Source: an uncultured Bacteroidota bacterium (GTDB lineage Bacteria; Bacteroidota; Bacteroidia; AKYH767-A; 2013-40CM-41-45). From it: a stretch of 64,000 nucleotides of DNA. The position numbers and the translations under genes were made by a program. Shown here one piece after another: positions 49,194 to 58,865 of the stretch (positions are counted from its first letter, which is position 1; every line of letters begins with the position of its first letter). The notes under the pieces are model-generated. The model made no database searches. It was not told the DNA's origin and worked only from the letters and a program-made list of their open reading frames with translations. The DNA lies in NCBI GenBank assembly GCA_963775555.1, contig CAVZJJ010000004.1:2971601-3035600 (forward strand), given 5' to 3'.

Positions 49194-52100
49194 TCAATAA
49201 TGAACAGTCACAGTGCCGATAAAAACATGCTGCTTTCCGAAGACATCAGCGACTTTCGCTCTCCAGACATACACATCCTCCTGAACCTTCTCCCCCTTGA
49301 CGGTTCCATCCCACTGACATGAAGACGGCATCCCTTCATTGCCATAGAAGTCCCATGGAATATTTGAACCCTCCTGATGACAAGACCAGATTTGCAATCC
49401 CCAGCGATCGAATATCCACATGTCGTACTCTCTTATTCCCATTCCCTTCGCATAAAAGAGATCATTCTTTTGATTTCCATTCGGTGTAATTGCATTAGGA
49501 ACAAAGAAGGTAAATTCAGGATTAATTTCAATGCTCTTAGCAATGCTGTCTTTACAACCGTGTCCGGTGGTGACGATAAGTGATGCGACATAATGGTAAA
49601 AGTCATTTGCTGTTGCAGAGGAATAAGAATAGGTTTCAACCGGACCTCCATTAAACGTAGCGGAGCCATCACCAAAGTTCCAGGTCCACTGAACAACATC
49701 GGAAGTTGATTGGTCATTAAAAGTAAAGTTCGGTGAATTATAACCGACAATTTCAGAACTAATACTAAAATCAGCACGCGGATTAGGATACACTTTAATG
49801 ATGTTTTTAAATGATTTATTCGCAACGCAACCTAAATCACTCACCACAGAAAGTGTAGCGTCAAAATTTCCGGGATTCTCGTAACATATTTCACCCGGAT
49901 ATTGGGAATCTGAAATAGCAGGACTTCCTCCGGGAAAGCTCCATGACCATTGAGCAATTGAACCATCCGGAGATACGGAATGATCAGTGAATGTATGACA
50001 CAGTGGAACACATCCGGAATCAGGATTATCAATCACAACAAGCGGAAGATTGTATACAGTTATTGTTCCGGAGGAAGTATCCCTGCAACCATGTTGTGTC
50101 TCTGCAATCAAAGAAACAGTGAAAGTTCCCGCTGTGTCGAACCTTATTGAAGGATTTACAGACACTGAAACAGAGGGTTGTCCTTGCGGAACAGACCAGA
50201 AATAATTGCGTATAACGTCACCGCTGACCGCAGATTGATTTGCCAAAACAACTGCCCTGTTTTTACAAACAGGAGGAGATACAAATGAGGAAAGTGGTAA
50301 TGGGAAAACGGAAATAGTATGATTGGTGGTATCAGCACATCCTCCGTCAGAACGGGCAATAAGAGAAATAGTATAGGATCCTTCCGTTAAAAATGAAACA
50401 ACAGGACTTGTTGCAGAAGACGAAGAGACAGAACCACCGGCAATATTCCATGTATAATTGATATTTTGTCCGGCAGGTTGAATGGTTGAAGAATTCATAA
50501 ATGTGATTTCTGAGCCGGCACAAATATCCGGTAATGAGAATGCAGCATGCGGATCAGCAGCAACGAACACTTCTTTTGAAATGGTGTCTTTACATCCGTG
50601 AATAGTCGTTGTGATTAACTCCACCATTGAAGTGTCTACCGCTTGAAAGGTAACAACAGGATGTATAAGTGAAGATGATGCGGGAACTGCATTCCCAATA
50701 GTCCAGGAATAGGAAGCAAGAGTATCACCTGCGGAAGCAGTTGATAAATTAGTGAAAGTATAAGGTGAACCAAAACAATTTACCGGTGTCAAAAAGTCGG
50801 CATGTGGCAAAGGATAAATCGAAATACTTTTCTCCAAAGTGTCTTTACATCCACCCGGAGCAGAAGAGATTAATCGAATTGTCGAATTGCCCGGATTGGC
50901 ATAACTCAGCAATGGCTGCGGATCGGTACTTGATCCGGGATTTCCACCACTAACCGACCATTCATAAGTGAGTAGCTGACCTGTGGGAACACTTGTCGAA
51001 GTATTTTGAATTTGAACCTGGTTTCCAAGACAAATGGAATTTGCAACAAAGGAAGAAACAGGATCTGGAGTGATGATCAATTGTTTTTGAACAGTATCCC
51101 TACAACCACCTCTGTTGGTGGTGATCAACGTAGCAATTACTGTATCCGGCAGATTATACCTTACAATTGGGTCCGTCAAAGTTGAATTAGCCGGAATACC
51201 ATTAGGAAAGGACCAGCTATAAGCAACAATGGAATCTCCCGACACTACGGAAGAATTATTTTGAATCTGGATGGCTGCACCCGCACAAACCTGCGGAGAT
51301 GAAAAACTTGCCAGTGGCATTGGATGAATTGTGATTGATTTTTGTATTGTATCTGCACAACCGAAAGAAGAACTTGCAATTAGCGTGACAGGGAATGTAT
51401 CAGCTGTTGCATAACTTACAGACGGAGTTACCAATGAAGAAACAGAAGGAGTTCCACCCGGGAATGACCAGGAATAATTTAAAGTGCCCCCTGTGATCGG
51501 AAGTGTTGAATTATTTTGAATGGATATTTGTTGCCCGAAACAAGAAGGTGGAGCAGTAAAGGATGCAACAGGAATTTCACGAATATTGATCGTATGTTGG
51601 ACTGTATCGCGGCAACCTTTTGTACTATTTACAATCAGGGTGATCTGTGAAGAACCGGGACTGGAAATTATTGAAACCGGATCGAATGCCGTAGAAGATC
51701 GGGGAATTCCACCAACGAAATACCAATAGTAGGAACTAATCGTATCTCCGGAAGCAATACTCGAAGTATTGGTAACCGGCACCTGAGAACCTGCACAAAC
51801 ACTGGAGGCAGTAAATGAAGCTACAGGAATTTGTGGAACATTTACAGTGTACTGAATCGTATCACGACAACCGGGTGAATAGGTGCCGGAGATTAAAGTG
51901 ACTGTATGGTTTCCCGGTGTAAATGTCACCGAAGACGGATTAGCGGCATTCGAAGTGGATGGAGTTCCACCACTGAAATTCCATGACCAGTAATTTATCG
52001 GATCCTGGGGGGAAGGAGAAAAACTATGCGCTGTGAAATCAGCGTAGCCGCAATGCGTTGAAAATATATAATCAGCTGATACAGTAAAATGTTGTGGTAC

Positions 52101-53339
52101 ATATCGCGCAGCCCAGTTACAACCGGATGGTGAATTAACTTTTACAATAAATGTATCTCCAGGCTGAGCATAAGGGGTAATTATTTGAGTGTTGGCAATG
52201 GGAATCGTATCGTTATTCAGAAACCATTCATAAGAATATGTGTTAACTGAATCAGGGGGTGCAGGAGCAACCAATGTATCGGGAGCATTAGCATAACAGT
52301 TAGGTTTAAAAATTGCGGATGACGATCCACACGCAAAATCCCAATACGAATGAGCAAAGTGTCCACCGAGCCGACAATCGGCATTTGTTATCACCACTGT
52401 CAGTGTCTGTCCGATATACGCAGACAAATTTACACCTTCAATTGTCCAGGGTTTATAGGTGGCTGTATCACGCCGACCGGCACCACCGCCGCCACCACCG
52501 CCACCTCGAAGAGAATTACATTTGTACTGTCCGGGAAATGATTCAGTGGCAATGTATCGCTGATAGGCGCAGGAAATCGTATCACCGCTTGCGTCAAGTA
52601 TCATGAACTCGACATAGGGCATATTTTCAATGGTATGAGAAGAAGCATCCGGATTTTCCATTACGAATGCATAAGCATAAATAAAATTTGTATCTGCTAT
52701 TCCCACCGTAAAACAATAGGTCAGTCGTTCCGCACAACCGGCTGATAACTGGCCCTGTTGTGGTGAACATCCTCCTCCCTGACCATCGGTCTGTGGTTGG
52801 CCAAGTTGAATTGAACTTGCACCAAAACCGGGAGGCGCAACAAGAGTAATTGCAGGATCACCGGGATTCACACCAGGTGTGAGTGGATCAATTCCTGCTC
52901 CTGTAGTAAGATTAAATCTTGGTGGGCTCGGAATTGTTGGGGTCAAATTTAACCCGAGTGAATCAAAGTTTTCTCCTGCTTCCGCCTGCCATACATCCCA
53001 ACCATTTTCAACTCCCATGTCATGGCAGGTTCCACATGCTGATGAAGAATTTGATCTCGAATAACACTGGACTGATATTTTTCTACCCTCCAGTATAAGT
53101 TTTTCATTTTGTTTGCGGATAACCTCTAAAGCAGCTTCCGGAATTTGGTTTGCTTTGATTTGTTCAGAAACCGATAATTTTTCCGGCCAGGAAATAACTG
53201 GATCTATACTATTATCAGAAATATTTTGCGCAAAAGTGAAGCATGGAGCAAAGACCAAAATGGCCATTAGAAAAATGGCGCATTGCTTAGAAAACGAATA
53301 AAAAACAAATCTCAGGGAGTCCATGCTAGGGACATACAA
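49194..53339 (-). CDS. Large PKD-repeat surface protein (about 10 PKD domains) with a gliding-motility-associated C-terminal domain (CHU_C / T9SS type-B CTD). The start is more likely at the internal Met (MAILVFAPCFTFAQ).
   Basis: Repeated WSFPGGxPxxS...TVTLIxxxxxGCxDT PKD units. Poly-Gly linker GGGGGGGGAG. C-terminus FFVPNAITPNGNQKNDLF...VYVWRAKV. Confidence 0.6.
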   Translation of the reverse strand: MYVPSMDSLRFVFYSFSKQCAIFLMAILVFAPCFTFAQNISDNSIDPVISWPEKLSVSEQIKANQIPEAALEVIRKQNEKLILEGRKISVQCYSRSNSSSACGTCHDMGVENGWDVWQAEAGENFDSLGLNLTPTIPSPPRFNLTTGAGIDPLTPGVNPGDPAITLVAPPGFGASSIQLGQPQTDGQGGGCSPQQGQLSAGCAERLTYCFTVGIADTNFIYAYAFVMENPDASSHTIENMPYVEFMILDASGDTISCAYQRYIATESFPGQYKCNSLRGGGGGGGGAGRRDTATYKPWTIEGVNLSAYIGQTLTVVITNADCRLGGHFAHSYWDFACGSSSAIFKPNCYANAPDTLVAPAPPDSVNTYSYEWFLNNDTIPIANTQIITPYAQPGDTFIVKVNSPSGCNWAARYVPQHFTVSADYIFSTHCGYADFTAHSFSPSPQDPINYWSWNFSGGTPSTSNAANPSSVTFTPGNHTVTLISGTYSPGCRDTIQYTVNVPQIPVASFTASSVCAGSQVPVTNTSSIASGDTISSYYWYFVGGIPRSSTAFDPVSIISSPGSSQITLIVNSTKGCRDTVQHTINIREIPVASFTAPPSCFGQQISIQNNSTLPITGGTLNYSWSFPGGTPSVSSLVTPSVSYATADTFPVTLIASSSFGCADTIQKSITIHPMPLASFSSPQVCAGAAIQIQNNSSVVSGDSIVAYSWSFPNGIPANSTLTDPIVRYNLPDTVIATLITTNRGGCRDTVQKQLIITPDPVSSFVANSICLGNQVQIQNTSTSVPTGQLLTYEWSVSGGNPGSSTDPQPLLSYANPGNSTIRLISSAPGGCKDTLEKSISIYPLPHADFLTPVNCFGSPYTFTNLSTASAGDTLASYSWTIGNAVPASSSLIHPVVTFQAVDTSMVELITTTIHGCKDTISKEVFVAADPHAAFSLPDICAGSEITFMNSSTIQPAGQNINYTWNIAGGSVSSSSATSPVVSFLTEGSYTISLIARSDGGCADTTNHTISVFPLPLSSFVSPPVCKNRAVVLANQSAVSGDVIRNYFWSVPQGQPSVSVSVNPSIRFDTAGTFTVSLIAETQHGCRDTSSGTITVYNLPLVVIDNPDSGCVPLCHTFTDHSVSPDGSIAQWSWSFPGGSPAISDSQYPGEICYENPGNFDATLSVVSDLGCVANKSFKNIIKVYPNPRADFSISSEIVGYNSPNFTFNDQSTSDVVQWTWNFGDGSATFNGGPVETYSYSSATANDFYHYVASLIVTTGHGCKDSIAKSIEINPEFTFFVPNAITPNGNQKNDLFYAKGMGIREYDMWIFDRWGLQIWSCHQEGSNIPWDFYGNEGMPSSCQWDGTVKGEKVQEDVYVWRAKVADVFGKQHVFIGTVTVHY

Positions 53340-53634
53340 TTACGTGAAAATGCGGTCATTAACAAAAAATATTTGGCGAACGAAAGCAATGGTCTTTGAA
53401 ATATGCTTTAATTCATAATACATCCTAAATCAAAACCCTCTAAAGAAGCCAGCCAGTCTATAAAATACCAGGTTTTCTACATTAATTTTTTGTCTAAAAA
53501 GTGGAAATTCCAGCTTTACCAATCACCTTGCAGAATGAATGATAATAATCAATATAAATGATTTTTTTGAACAAAAAGTGGCAATTCCCTGGAGAATGGT
53601 TTTGACTCACTCGCAGAGGAGGAGTGGGCGGTTT

Positions 53635-54867
53635 CTAATCCCCAATCTTTACGACTTTAATTCTGATATAACCATCAATAAGAACATAATATATTCCCTC
53701 CCTAAATTTATTCATGTTTATATATCCCCGTTCGTTTATAATTACACAACCCATCAGTGAGCCCAGGCTGTTAAAAATTGACGCTTCTTTGAGTTTCCCA
53801 TTCTCAATATATAATATATCCTTACAAGGATTTGGATATAATTTTATTGGTAAACCTTTTGAATTACTTTCAATTCCTGTTGATGTCTCTTCGAATTTAT
53901 ACCAGTCATGGTAATAGACATTAATATTTGTACTAAAGTAATAATTCCAACCAGCTCCAATATATGCTCCGCTATTTCCAGAAACAGAAACGCCATTCTG
54001 CCTAGAAAAACCGGGAAAATTTATTATTGCCACACCCCATGAATCTGTAGAGGGATCATAGGCATAAAAATCATTGAAGTAATTGAATTGTAAATTTGAA
54101 TCAAGAAAACTTCCAAGTCCACAATACCCGTGAACACCCAATGAAAAACCGAATGCCTCAGACCGTGCCCCCCCTGGGAAATCAGCTTTTTGTGACCAGG
54201 TATCTAATGTAGCATCATATTCAAAAAGAGTATTAATATAATTCCCTCCAAAACTGATGGAAAAAAAACCGCATGCGATATATCCTCTTCCGTTTAAAAC
54301 AAATGTAGATCCATGCGAATGATTAGCGATCGGCATTGGTGATTTCAACAACCAATTCACTCCATCAAATTGCCAGGTCTCATTTAATGGGATAGTTGCT
54401 GAATCAAAACCCCCTACTATATATGCAAAATCACCGACAACAAATACAGATGAGCCAAACCTGTACATATTCTGAGGTACCTGTAATTGAACCCAGGACG
54501 AATCAAGAGGATCGAATTCCCACATATCCGCTAACAATGAATAAATCCCATTCACCGTATCAATATCCTCACCAAATGCAACATATCCCTTATTATGTAA
54601 AGCAAATCCCACGGCTCCATACCTGGTATTCACGCAACCCGGAATGAGGCCAGCCGAAGTCCATGAATTATTCAATGTATCATACACAAAAATATTTCTG
54701 CTTTTCTCTCCTCCCCCTACATATATTTTTCCATTAATCTCAAATGAAAAGGCACCACGATAATCACCGCTGCCCCCTGCAATATCCTGCTTTTGAATCC
54801 AGGATTGTGCATGTAAGAGATTTGTCGCCACTAAAACCATAAACAGGATAAGTATATTCTTGTACAT
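53635..54867 (-). CDS. T9SS-secreted Kelch/galactose-oxidase-like beta-propeller protein.
   Basis: Signal peptide. About 50-aa repeats of the form WxxxxxxPGxxRxxAxGFSxxxxGYxGxG. CTD LYPNPCKDILYI...EGIYYVLIDGYIRIKVVKI. Confidence 0.5.
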   Translation of the reverse strand: MYKNILILFMVLVATNLLHAQSWIQKQDIAGGSGDYRGAFSFEINGKIYVGGGEKSRNIFVYDTLNNSWTSAGLIPGCVNTRYGAVGFALHNKGYVAFGEDIDTVNGIYSLLADMWEFDPLDSSWVQLQVPQNMYRFGSSVFVVGDFAYIVGGFDSATIPLNETWQFDGVNWLLKSPMPIANHSHGSTFVLNGRGYIACGFFSISFGGNYINTLFEYDATLDTWSQKADFPGGARSEAFGFSLGVHGYCGLGSFLDSNLQFNYFNDFYAYDPSTDSWGVAIINFPGFSRQNGVSVSGNSGAYIGAGWNYYFSTNINVYYHDWYKFEETSTGIESNSKGLPIKLYPNPCKDILYIENGKLKEASIFNSLGSLMGCVIINERGYINMNKFREGIYYVLIDGYIRIKVVKIGD

Positions 54868-54942
54868 CGTTATAAGTTTTTGATTTGTTTTTACATCCCG
54901 AATTTCCGGCTATCTTTGAAAATAAAATAGTACAAAAACGAA

Positions 54943-55767
54943 ATGGAATTCAGGAAAATCCTTCCTTCGCCGGTTTTACAACCTTTTGTTCGCTACTACT
55001 GGGTATTTGATGTGGCTGAATCTGATGTTCCATTTTCGCAATTACTTTTTCCATTCGGATCATTTGAACTTATATTTAATCTGACGAATGCACCTGATAT
55101 GCGTTATGTTGGGGAGTGCCTTGAATTTAAACAGCCCGACATCATTTATCTTGGTCAGTTTACCAAACCTTTCATACTCAATTTTACACAACGCAGTCAT
55201 AGTATTGGTGTCAGTCTGTATCCCTGGGTTGGAAATTTATTGTTTGATACCCCCGCAAACGTTTTCAAAAACAGAGTAACATTTGTAGAAAGCATTTGTA
55301 ATTCTGATTTCCTCTATGAAAAGCTTAAAGAAAAAACAAATGAGACCGACTGCATTAAGCAGCTCGAACTATTTCTTAGCGAAAAGTTTACCAGAAATAA
55401 ACCTGACAACTTAGTCTTATCAATTTCGAAGTCTATTATCAGCAATTCATCGAATGATGAACTGATCAATACCTTGTCAACAATTGGTGTGACTCGTAGA
55501 AGAATTGAACAACGATTTCTGGAATCGACCGGACTCACGATGGGATTTTTTATCAGAAAGATCAGATTTCAGAAAGCTGTTCACCTGTTAAAAAACCAAA
55601 TGAAGAAGAATCTTACACAGGTTGGTTTGGAAACAGGTTATTTCGACCAAAGTCATTTTATCAGAGAGTTTAAATCTTTTGCCGGAATTACACCAAAAGA
55701 TTTTCTGAAGCATCAATCGGAAATGCGAGACTTTGTAAGCGGATTGATGGTCGTTAATCAGCATTAA
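54943..55767 (+). CDS. AraC-family transcriptional regulator.
   Basis: C-terminal AraC HTH (LTQVGLETGYFDQSHFIREFKSFAGITPKDF). Confidence 0.75.
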   Translation: MEFRKILPSPVLQPFVRYYWVFDVAESDVPFSQLLFPFGSFELIFNLTNAPDMRYVGECLEFKQPDIIYLGQFTKPFILNFTQRSHSIGVSLYPWVGNLLFDTPANVFKNRVTFVESICNSDFLYEKLKEKTNETDCIKQLELFLSEKFTRNKPDNLVLSISKSIISNSSNDELINTLSTIGVTRRRIEQRFLESTGLTMGFFIRKIRFQKAVHLLKNQMKKNLTQVGLETGYFDQSHFIREFKSFAGITPKDFLKHQSEMRDFVSGLMVVNQH

Positions 55768-56020
55768 TACAGAAAAATAATCATAGTGCTTATTTCAAAA
55801 AATATTTGAACCTAAATTGAAGCAGGTGTCTATCGAGGAAAAATTCTAAAAGCAAACAAAACAATTTATCGCATACTATTCACTACTGGAGAAATCTCCC
55901 ATTCTCCGGAATGCGCATATGCAAATTCGCAAACACAATACTTCGATGCATCAGTCTAAATGGACATGACAGATAGATTTCACTGTAGAAATAATGAATT
56001 TCCCAAAGGATTAGACGAAG

Positions 56021-56374
56021 TTAATTTTCCGGATAATGCTCGTTCTTCCACCTTCTGATTTTATTTAGCGAACAAGAGTCAAGCCGGTAGTCTGGTGGCA
56101 TGGGTGCAGAATAACCATCTTTCATAACAGAACTAAAGAAGCTACCCTCCCTTACAAAACTAAACAATGCAGAGGTATCTTCGAGATTGATACTATGTAA
56201 ATGGATAGAATCTGAATGGCAGGAGTAGCAATTCCCCTGTATGATTGGCCTGATATTTTCGAAGTATCCAATTGTACTTGTATCACACAAAGATTCCTGA
56301 GCAGGCAGAATCAGTGGATCATGAGTGCAGGATATCAGTAGTATTAAAATGAAGATGAAGAATGCTGACCTCAT
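56021..56374 (-). CDS. Small lipoprotein with a PSCyt1-like (planctomycete-type) cytochrome c motif.
   Basis: Signal with LLISC lipobox. IRPIIQGNCYSCH matches the PSCyt1 pattern (IxPILxxxCxxCH). Confidence 0.4.
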   Translation of the reverse strand: MRSAFFIFILILLISCTHDPLILPAQESLCDTSTIGYFENIRPIIQGNCYSCHSDSIHLHSINLEDTSALFSFVREGSFFSSVMKDGYSAPMPPDYRLDSCSLNKIRRWKNEHYPEN

Positions 56375-56611
56375 CCTTCAAAGTTCGATTGAAAATATGC
56401 TGGATTGTACTATTCCGACAAATTTAACTCAAACTTAATATTATGAATTTCAGATCCAATAATCTGAAGATCCTTTCGATGGCGTTTTGTTTTTGATCCA
56501 TTCTACAGGTTCTTTCCTCCGGGCGGGAAGTATTGATCTTTCTCTTAACTATTTGAAATGTGAATCATTTACTAAATTTCTGCTTTTTTTAATGGTTCCT
56601 AACACTTATAA

Positions 56612-56628
56612 TTACAAATCCCTCGCAG
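56612..56628. repeat. Conserved intergenic motif ATTACAAATCCCTCGCA, copy 1 of 3.
   Basis: The same 17-mer (one mismatch at most) occurs at 60567-60583 and 62559-62575, each upstream of a minus-strand gene. Confidence 0.45.
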
Positions 56629-56902
56629 CATAGCTTTTAGCTGACATATATTTTCAATTGAAGGAAACGTCCTGAAGGAAAATTACAATCTTAGATTCAC
56701 TGACACGTAGCCTTAAGTTGAATTTCAAAAAGAATTTGCCAATGGTCTCTACTTTATAAGAGTTAATCAGCCGGGAAATAATTACTATTTTAAGTATTAT
56801 ACTTTATAAAAGCGGCTACGAAAGTTTTCAAGTCCTTCGCAGGCGGGAATAATATTAGAGATTATTAAGACAAATTATTCCTTCTAACATTTTTTGGAGT
56901 GA

Positions 56903-56933
56903 ATAAAAAAGGGCCGTTGAATCAACGACCCTT
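56903..56933 (-). terminator. Rho-independent terminator for the OmpA-family gene.
   Basis: On the minus strand: GGGTCGTTG-att-CAACGGCCC (one mismatch) followed by TTTTTTATT. Confidence 0.5.
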
Positions 56934-56958
56934 TTCATAAAAAATAAAATATACTTGT

Positions 56959-58434
56959 TCAATAGGAAGTTCTTAATTCTACTCTTCTGTTTTTTGCACG
57001 ACCAATACTTGTATTGTTATCTGCTATGGGCTTGGATTCTCCAAATCCAGTTGCCGTCATTCGTGATTCCATAATCCCTTTACCCATCAAGTATGTCTTT
57101 ACTGACTCGGTTCGTTTTTGTGAAAGATTCATATTGTAAGCATCCTCTCCCTGGCTGTCTGTATGACCTTCAATGATCAGGTTCGCTTCTTCATAGCGCT
57201 TAAGAATTGAAGATAATTCATCCAATTGAACCAAGGATGCCACCTTCAACTTATCGCTATTCGTTTCGAAAAATATTTTGCTTGCGATCTGTGTAATCCG
57301 TTTTACATCTTCTATTTTCATTTCGGGACAACCTTTATTTGCGACTGTTCCTTTTACCCCCGGACAACGATCTTCGTTATCCGCCACTCCATCTCCATCT
57401 GAATCAGGACATCCTTTGAGTGCAAGTAAACCTGCACTGTCAGGGCACAAATCTTCTTCGTTTACTAAACCGTCTTTATCATTATCAAGTGGACAGCCTG
57501 TTGAATCAACAACATATCCGGTTTTAGTTCCCGGACATTTATCATCAACGTCAGCAATTCCATCGCCATCTATATCAGGACAACCATTAAGCGCTGCAGT
57601 TCCTTTAGCATCCGGGCAACGATCAGCCTTGTCAGTGATGCCATCACCATCTTTATCCGGGCAACCTTTCAAGGATTCGAGACCGGCAACATCCGGGCAA
57701 TCATCTTTATAGTCAGCAATCCCATCCATATCTTTATCAATCGGACAACCATCTTTATCCACCATTACATTAGGTGGTGTGGCGGAGCATTTATCAAATC
57801 GATCCACTACACCATCCTTATCTTCATCGTGTTTTTTACCGAAATTGAATGTTAAACCAATTGTATGAAGCAGGAAGGCGTCGTTACTGTTGGCCGTATA
57901 ACCATCTTTGTTATCATTGGTTGAATAAAGAAACATCTCCTGCAAGTTCAACATTATGCTTGGCCCCAGGCGGAAGTTTAGTCCTCCCCCAAAAGAAGGA
58001 ACAGCATAATCAATTTTACTTTTTTCAGTTACCGTTGGATTATTAGCAAAGAGCAATGGACCTACTCCTACAAACAAATACGGACGGATAAAGGACTCCG
58101 GCCCCAAAACATTAAACCGAACATTGAATGTAACAGACGAAATGCCACTGCGAAAATGGGCAGTATCATTTCCATATCCAACTTCACCTTTTGTAAAATT
58201 CAGGTTCAAATCCAAATGAGAAATGATATAACGCGATAGTGAAATACCACCAAAACCGTATAAGGGCCCATCAGTTTTATAGAATCCATTTCCAAGGTCG
58301 CCATTATATTGCTCTGCTCCCCCGTGAATCCCGATATTCCATTTCTTATCGATTGTTTGCCCGATAGCGGCGCTTGTAAATACCGTAAAAAAACATACCA
58401 GTAAAAATAATTTCATATTTCGTCTATTTAGCAT
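56959..58434 (-). CDS. OmpA-family outer-membrane protein with an N-terminal beta-barrel, thrombospondin type-3 (TSP3) Ca-binding repeats and a C-terminal OmpA peptidoglycan-binding domain.
   Basis: DKDGDGITDKADRCPD-type repeats several times. C-terminus NRRVELRTSY with the TDSQGEDAYNMNLSQKR OmpA signature. Confidence 0.8.
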   Translation of the reverse strand: MLNRRNMKLFLLVCFFTVFTSAAIGQTIDKKWNIGIHGGAEQYNGDLGNGFYKTDGPLYGFGGISLSRYIISHLDLNLNFTKGEVGYGNDTAHFRSGISSVTFNVRFNVLGPESFIRPYLFVGVGPLLFANNPTVTEKSKIDYAVPSFGGGLNFRLGPSIMLNLQEMFLYSTNDNKDGYTANSNDAFLLHTIGLTFNFGKKHDEDKDGVVDRFDKCSATPPNVMVDKDGCPIDKDMDGIADYKDDCPDVAGLESLKGCPDKDGDGITDKADRCPDAKGTAALNGCPDIDGDGIADVDDKCPGTKTGYVVDSTGCPLDNDKDGLVNEEDLCPDSAGLLALKGCPDSDGDGVADNEDRCPGVKGTVANKGCPEMKIEDVKRITQIASKIFFETNSDKLKVASLVQLDELSSILKRYEEANLIIEGHTDSQGEDAYNMNLSQKRTESVKTYLMGKGIMESRMTATGFGESKPIADNNTSIGRAKNRRVELRTSY

Positions 58435-58865
58435 AAGATGTATAAATTTTTTAATGCAAAACTCTTAGAATAAGCACAATTAGGAGATAAAAGGACTTCA
58501 GGTAAAAAAATTTCACGGCCTAAAGGTGAGGCTCATACTCCGGAAAAACATTACACAATTACATAGAAATGTTACATAATTCATGTACTAAATATGATTT
58601 ATTGATTGTTGCAAAGCATTGCATGTTTGCATTAAGTTGAGAAAAGAGGATTCCTGCCATTATACAGTTGGGCATCATTCACATCTCATAAAATGTTGAA
58701 TTGAAAATGGCATTTGAAAAATCTGTGAAGTAATATTTGGGTGATGAAATTTCCGATAGGAAGAATCGAAAAAGTATAAAACATTAAGCACATGCAACCC
58801 GCTCAGTGGAATCTTGTATGAAATCCTCTGTACAGTTTCTTTCCAGCGAGCGGGCTCAAGTAATC

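Noticed and set aside
49433-49825. 130-aa Leu-rich ORF on the - strand (different frame) inside the PKD giant
   Set aside because: Out-of-frame overlap with the continuous 1381-aa CDS. No support.
57278-57712. 144-aa ORF on the + strand rich in SGQP/SLS repeats
   Set aside because: It lies entirely antisense to the thrombospondin type-3 repeats of the OmpA-family gene. The repetitive low-complexity translation is an artefact of reading the repeat array backwards.
49194-58434. Possible CRISPR or other DNA-level repeat arrays suggested by periodicity in the PKD and TSP3 regions
   Set aside because: The periodicity is at the protein-domain level (PKD units of about 85 aa, TSP3 units of about 12 aa) with diverged DNA. 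There are no identical direct repeats with unique spacers, and no cas genes.
58600-58640. Near-palindrome TTGCAAAGCATTGCATGTTTGCATT in the OmpA-SQR spacer
   Set aside because: Imperfect and single-copy in this window. It might be a binding site but there is insufficient evidence to call it.
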